Shown: piece by piece, positions 60,855 through 64,000 of the stretch
Numbering within the stretch: position 1 is the stretch's first letter
Layout: the number at the start of each line of letters is the position of its first letter
Sequence record: PP496438.1
DNA length: 64,000 nt
Reading direction: 5' to 3' (one strand)
Notes under the pieces: generated by a model
What the model was told of the DNA's origin: nothing
Databases searched by the model: none
The model's input: only the letters and a program-made list of their open reading frames with translations
Program-made: the position numbers and the translations under genes

Positions 60855-62834
60855 TCAATTGATTCCGTACTTTTTGATAAAAGCGGAATAAGGGGTTTTA
60901 TCGCCTTCGAAGGAATTGACCTTCGAGTTACTTGCCCCGTCTTTATAGATCAGGGTCGTGGTAAGGTTCGCGCTGAACGGCCCAATGACGCCGCCGTTCT
61001 TCACGATGAACTCGTTTACCTTGCTGTCCCGTACGCCGGTCAAGTAGAAGCGCTGACCTTTGAACAACTGGGACGCCACCCGAACCTTCTTCGGTGGCTT
61101 CGGCAACACGTACGTCACCCCAGCCTTGGTATACGCCATGAAGGCCGTCATGAAGGCCGGAAGTGCTGCAATGAACTGATCCGCGCGCTTAGGTCCGAAT
61201 CCATCCAGTTCTGCCAGCTTTTCCCGCAATGCCTCACGGGAAGCTTTGGTCCGCTGCAAGCCCGTAGGATCGCCCAGGCTCAACGCTGCCGGTTTCAGCA
61301 GTGTGAGTCCCATCCCGTGGCCGAACGCCCCGCTGGCGACCATTAGGTCGGCTAGGTCAACGTCCACCACACAGTCGGCCAGCGCCGCGACGAACTTCTT
61401 AGCCGTCGGGGCACCGAACCCAGCTTGCTCGACCAGTTCTTTGGCGAACCGGATCGGGGTTTTGGTCACTTTACGAATTAGGCCCTGTACGCCGCCAACG
61501 TCCATGTACTCTAGCATAGCGTCAAACGTGGCTTCCTTGAACCCTTCCAGGCCGAGCGTCACGAAGAAGAACGTCATGGACTTCGTAAGCTGTTGCTCTC
61601 CGCTACCAATGGTGCGGATGTTAACCCCGTTCTCATCCCAGTCGTACGACCCCGACTTGGGCAGATCGGCTTTACGTGCGGGGGTGACCACACCTGTGAT
61701 GTAGGGGATCACGTCACCAGACCGGACTAGGGTGATGACGGCGCCCTTACCGATCTTGTTGTCCTTGATGAACTTGGCGTTATGCCCTGTGGCCCACGTA
61801 ACTTTGACACCCGCCAGTCGTACGGGAGTGATCTTGACGCGGGGCTTGAGCGTCCCGTATCTTGATTCGTTCCACTGGACTTCCTCAACGGTTGCTGTTG
61901 CCACCTCTGACATCAGTGCGGACTTGAAGGCGAACTGATAGTCCGGGTTACCTGAACCCGACGGGACGCGACCCACCTTGGTCGTGGACACGATGATGCC
62001 GTCCATCTCGTATATAGACTTCTTGCGGCGGTCCAACAGGTACTCGGTCAGCTCATTGACATCCAGTCGCGGTACCTTCTTGACCGTGGGGATCAGGAAA
62101 CCCATTGCCTTAAGTTTGGCGAACTGCTTGTCTACGTCCATAGCAGGCTTGACGATCTGATACATGACAACTTTGATCTTCTTGCCCTTGAACACCGGCG
62201 GAATGATCTTGCTGTTCGCGGCACCGGCCACCAGATTGCGGGGGTTGGCGAAGTCGTCCTTGAACTGCTCGAAGGTGGCCACCGGCATGATCAGCTCACC
62301 ACGGCCTTGCCAACCGTTGGGGATTGGCGGTAGTTCCAGATACGGTGCCACGTGGCTGATGTCCAAGCCTTGGTCCCCGTCGCCACGGGTGTACAGCTCC
62401 GGCTTCTTGGGATTGGTAGTACCTTTGATACCGATGGAGATCCCGTCCAGTTTGTCCGACAGCACATAGGGACCTGGGTTCGCCCCGGACCAGCGCATGA
62501 TGGACTTCTCATCCAGATACTTATTCATGCTGCCCATGCCGAACGGAAGCGAAGTCTTATTCAGCTCGTTGGACTTTGAACCCACCTGATACAGTTTCTT
62601 GTCCACGGTGAGGATGACGGTCTCATACTTGTCGAACTCCGCATCCGTCACGACAGGCACACCAGCGTAGTAGGCGTCTTTCAGCAGTAGGTAGGCGTCG
62701 GCTAACTGCTTCTTTGGCACTTCTTTAGCCGCTTCCACCTGCATGGCTTTGCTCAAACTGGAGATGATACCGAACACGAAGTCTTTCAGTTCTTGGCGAC
62801 CTTTCTTGGTGCCTATGGTGAACTTGGTCGCCAT
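60855..62834 (-). CDS. ligA: NAD+-dependent DNA ligase
   Basis: Domain Ia YYAG.P..TD.EFD, KLDG (motif I), TRGDG, RGE, NPRN, DGII, AFK, OB-fold, HhH, C-terminal BRCT (FYLTG); no Cys4 zinc finger. Confidence 0.92.
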   Translation of the reverse strand: MATKFTIGTKKGRQELKDFVFGIISSLSKAMQVEAAKEVPKKQLADAYLLLKDAYYAGVPVVTDAEFDKYETVILTVDKKLYQVGSKSNELNKTSLPFGMGSMNKYLDEKSIMRWSGANPGPYVLSDKLDGISIGIKGTTNPKKPELYTRGDGDQGLDISHVAPYLELPPIPNGWQGRGELIMPVATFEQFKDDFANPRNLVAGAANSKIIPPVFKGKKIKVVMYQIVKPAMDVDKQFAKLKAMGFLIPTVKKVPRLDVNELTEYLLDRRKKSIYEMDGIIVSTTKVGRVPSGSGNPDYQFAFKSALMSEVATATVEEVQWNESRYGTLKPRVKITPVRLAGVKVTWATGHNAKFIKDNKIGKGAVITLVRSGDVIPYITGVVTPARKADLPKSGSYDWDENGVNIRTIGSGEQQLTKSMTFFFVTLGLEGFKEATFDAMLEYMDVGGVQGLIRKVTKTPIRFAKELVEQAGFGAPTAKKFVAALADCVVDVDLADLMVASGAFGHGMGLTLLKPAALSLGDPTGLQRTKASREALREKLAELDGFGPKRADQFIAALPAFMTAFMAYTKAGVTYVLPKPPKKVRVASQLFKGQRFYLTGVRDSKVNEFIVKNGGVIGPFSANLTTTLIYKDGASNSKVNSFEGDKTPYSAFIKKYGIN

Positions 62835-62845
62835 CTGGATCGTCC

Positions 62846-63430
62846 TTATATGGGAATGGTGTCTATGTCAGCGAACCGCTGCATGCACCACTTGACGTAG
62901 GGTTTTACCTGCTCTGGCCATCGCTTCGTATACCCACGGGCGTACAACTCTACCATGCCGGGCACAGCTTCATAGTAGTTGCCGAAGGGATACACATCGA
63001 AGTTCTTGAGTTTTAAGCCGAGCAGCTGCATCAGTAATTTACCGTTCTGGATAGTCGTAGCATACGCCGGATTATCATAGGTAAACCCCTTACGCCACTC
63101 GTTGAACTTCGGGTCTTGCGGGTTCTGGCCGAGCAAGGACAGCAGCAGGTCCCCGCTACGCAGTTGTTGCAGTGTCGTCCCTTCCTTCTCCAGCAGTGCG
63201 TGCGTACACTCATGCAGCAAGGTGGCCCACGCTTTCGGCTCGGTGAAGAAGGAGTCCCGGAGTAGACAGGTGCCGCCGGTGAATGAAGCAGTAGGCTGGC
63301 CGTTGCCCGGAATCAACGTGAAGGTGTGAGTCCGTGCATAACCGTAGACGGGCGCCCGCATGTTCTGCGGCATCTTGTCGATGATCTTCAGTAACGCCGA
63401 ATTGTCAACCTCTTTCCCACTTCGATCCAC
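62846..63430 (-). CDS. Zincin-like protein
   Basis: LLHECTHALL (HExxH); distal E in YEAVP. Confidence 0.55.
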   Translation of the reverse strand: MDRSGKEVDNSALLKIIDKMPQNMRAPVYGYARTHTFTLIPGNGQPTASFTGGTCLLRDSFFTEPKAWATLLHECTHALLEKEGTTLQQLRSGDLLLSLLGQNPQDPKFNEWRKGFTYDNPAYATTIQNGKLLMQLLGLKLKNFDVYPFGNYYEAVPGMVELYARGYTKRWPEQVKPYVKWCMQRFADIDTIPI

Positions 63431-63435
63431 CGTTG

Positions 63436-63984
63436 TTACTTTGGGACCTCGGCAACCTCCATCAGATGGGCCACTTCCGCAAAGAGTTCAGCACTGGACA
63501 GCGCCGACATGCGTTCCCGGTACAGCTGAATCTCGATGGGTTCCTCCAGCTCTTTCAGGAACTTTTCCAGCTTGGTCTTGAACCGATCAGTGTACGGCTT
63601 CTGAATGGTGATGTGTGCCTTGTAGTCGGGGAACGTCGGTGCCGCACCAATGCCCAGTAGCTGGTTGTGCAGGTCAGTCAGCTCCTTGCAGTTGACCAGC
63701 AGGACCAGAGTGTCATCCTTGGGGCCGAAAACATCAACACCTGTCACCTCCGCGGTGTACTTGTGCGACGGGTTGAGAACGCCACGGGCTGCTACGTCGT
63801 CGATGGTTGACGAAGAGTACATCACGGTGCAGTGCAGTTCAGACATCGGCATCACGTCTGGCTCACGGTCGTAGCCGGACTTACTCAGCGTCAGCAACAT
63901 CTTGGCGAGGGTCAGTTTGGAGTCCGGGTGGATCTTGACATCTACGTAAGAACCTTCCTTGATCAACGACCGGGCCGTCTCCAT
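63436..63984 (-). CDS. acb1: Anti-CBASS Acb1-like 2H phosphodiesterase (T4 gp57B family)
   Basis: GSYV, ELHCTVMYS and YKAHITI (two HxT motifs), LVLLV..EL..LH..L..IGA..TFPDY; order and spacing match T4 Acb1 (GLYV, IHSTICYS, LVLVLDSEYL..RH...LGATHDFDDYTPHITL). Confidence 0.8.
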   Translation of the reverse strand: METARSLIKEGSYVDVKIHPDSKLTLAKMLLTLSKSGYDREPDVMPMSELHCTVMYSSSTIDDVAARGVLNPSHKYTAEVTGVDVFGPKDDTLVLLVNCKELTDLHNQLLGIGAAPTFPDYKAHITIQKPYTDRFKTKLEKFLKELEEPIEIQLYRERMSALSSAELFAEVAHLMEVAEVPK

Positions 63985-64000
63985 TACCTTAACTGTTTTC

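Overview
64 kb segment of a large lytic myovirus genome, most likely a jumbo phage. It has a T4-like contractile-tail baseplate, its own sigma factor, and no RNA polymerase, tRNA, CRISPR array or integrase in the window. A PL7 alginate lyase and roughly 55% GC suggest a Pseudomonas-like host; resemblance to RSL1/Lu11/PaBG-type phages is inference only. Layout: (1) 1-4.8 kb, + strand accessory genes ending in a PL7 alginate lyase; (2) 4.9-10.2 kb, two fibre/spike proteins, one with an SGNH esterase; (3) 10.4-26.1 kb, - strand DNA metabolism: RecA/UvsX, an acidic repeat protein, gp32-like SSB, sigma factor, SWIM protein, DpdA-like transglycosylase, zincin, acyl carrier protein, SLOG protein, Cas4-like nuclease; (4) 26.1-28.1 kb, + strand primase pair; (5) 28.2-30.2 kb, lysis cassette; (6) 30.3-50.2 kb, tail fibre, baseplate, PAAR-peptidase, spike, hub, tape measure, tail chaperone, tube-like protein; (7) 50.3-64 kb, 1920-aa SNF2 ATPase, HNH, NUDIX, protamine-like protein, NAD-dependent ligase, zincin and an Acb1-like 2H phosphodiesterase. 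The strongest second-look signals are an in-frame basic 58-codon extension behind a UGA (candidate readthrough), an EF-Tu N-terminal mimic, a lysis-cassette amidase that has lost its catalytic residues, a phage ACP beside DpdA, a CCC_UUU_CGU +1 frameshift candidate and a possible chromatin-like toolkit. All family calls come from motif recognition by eye, not database searches.
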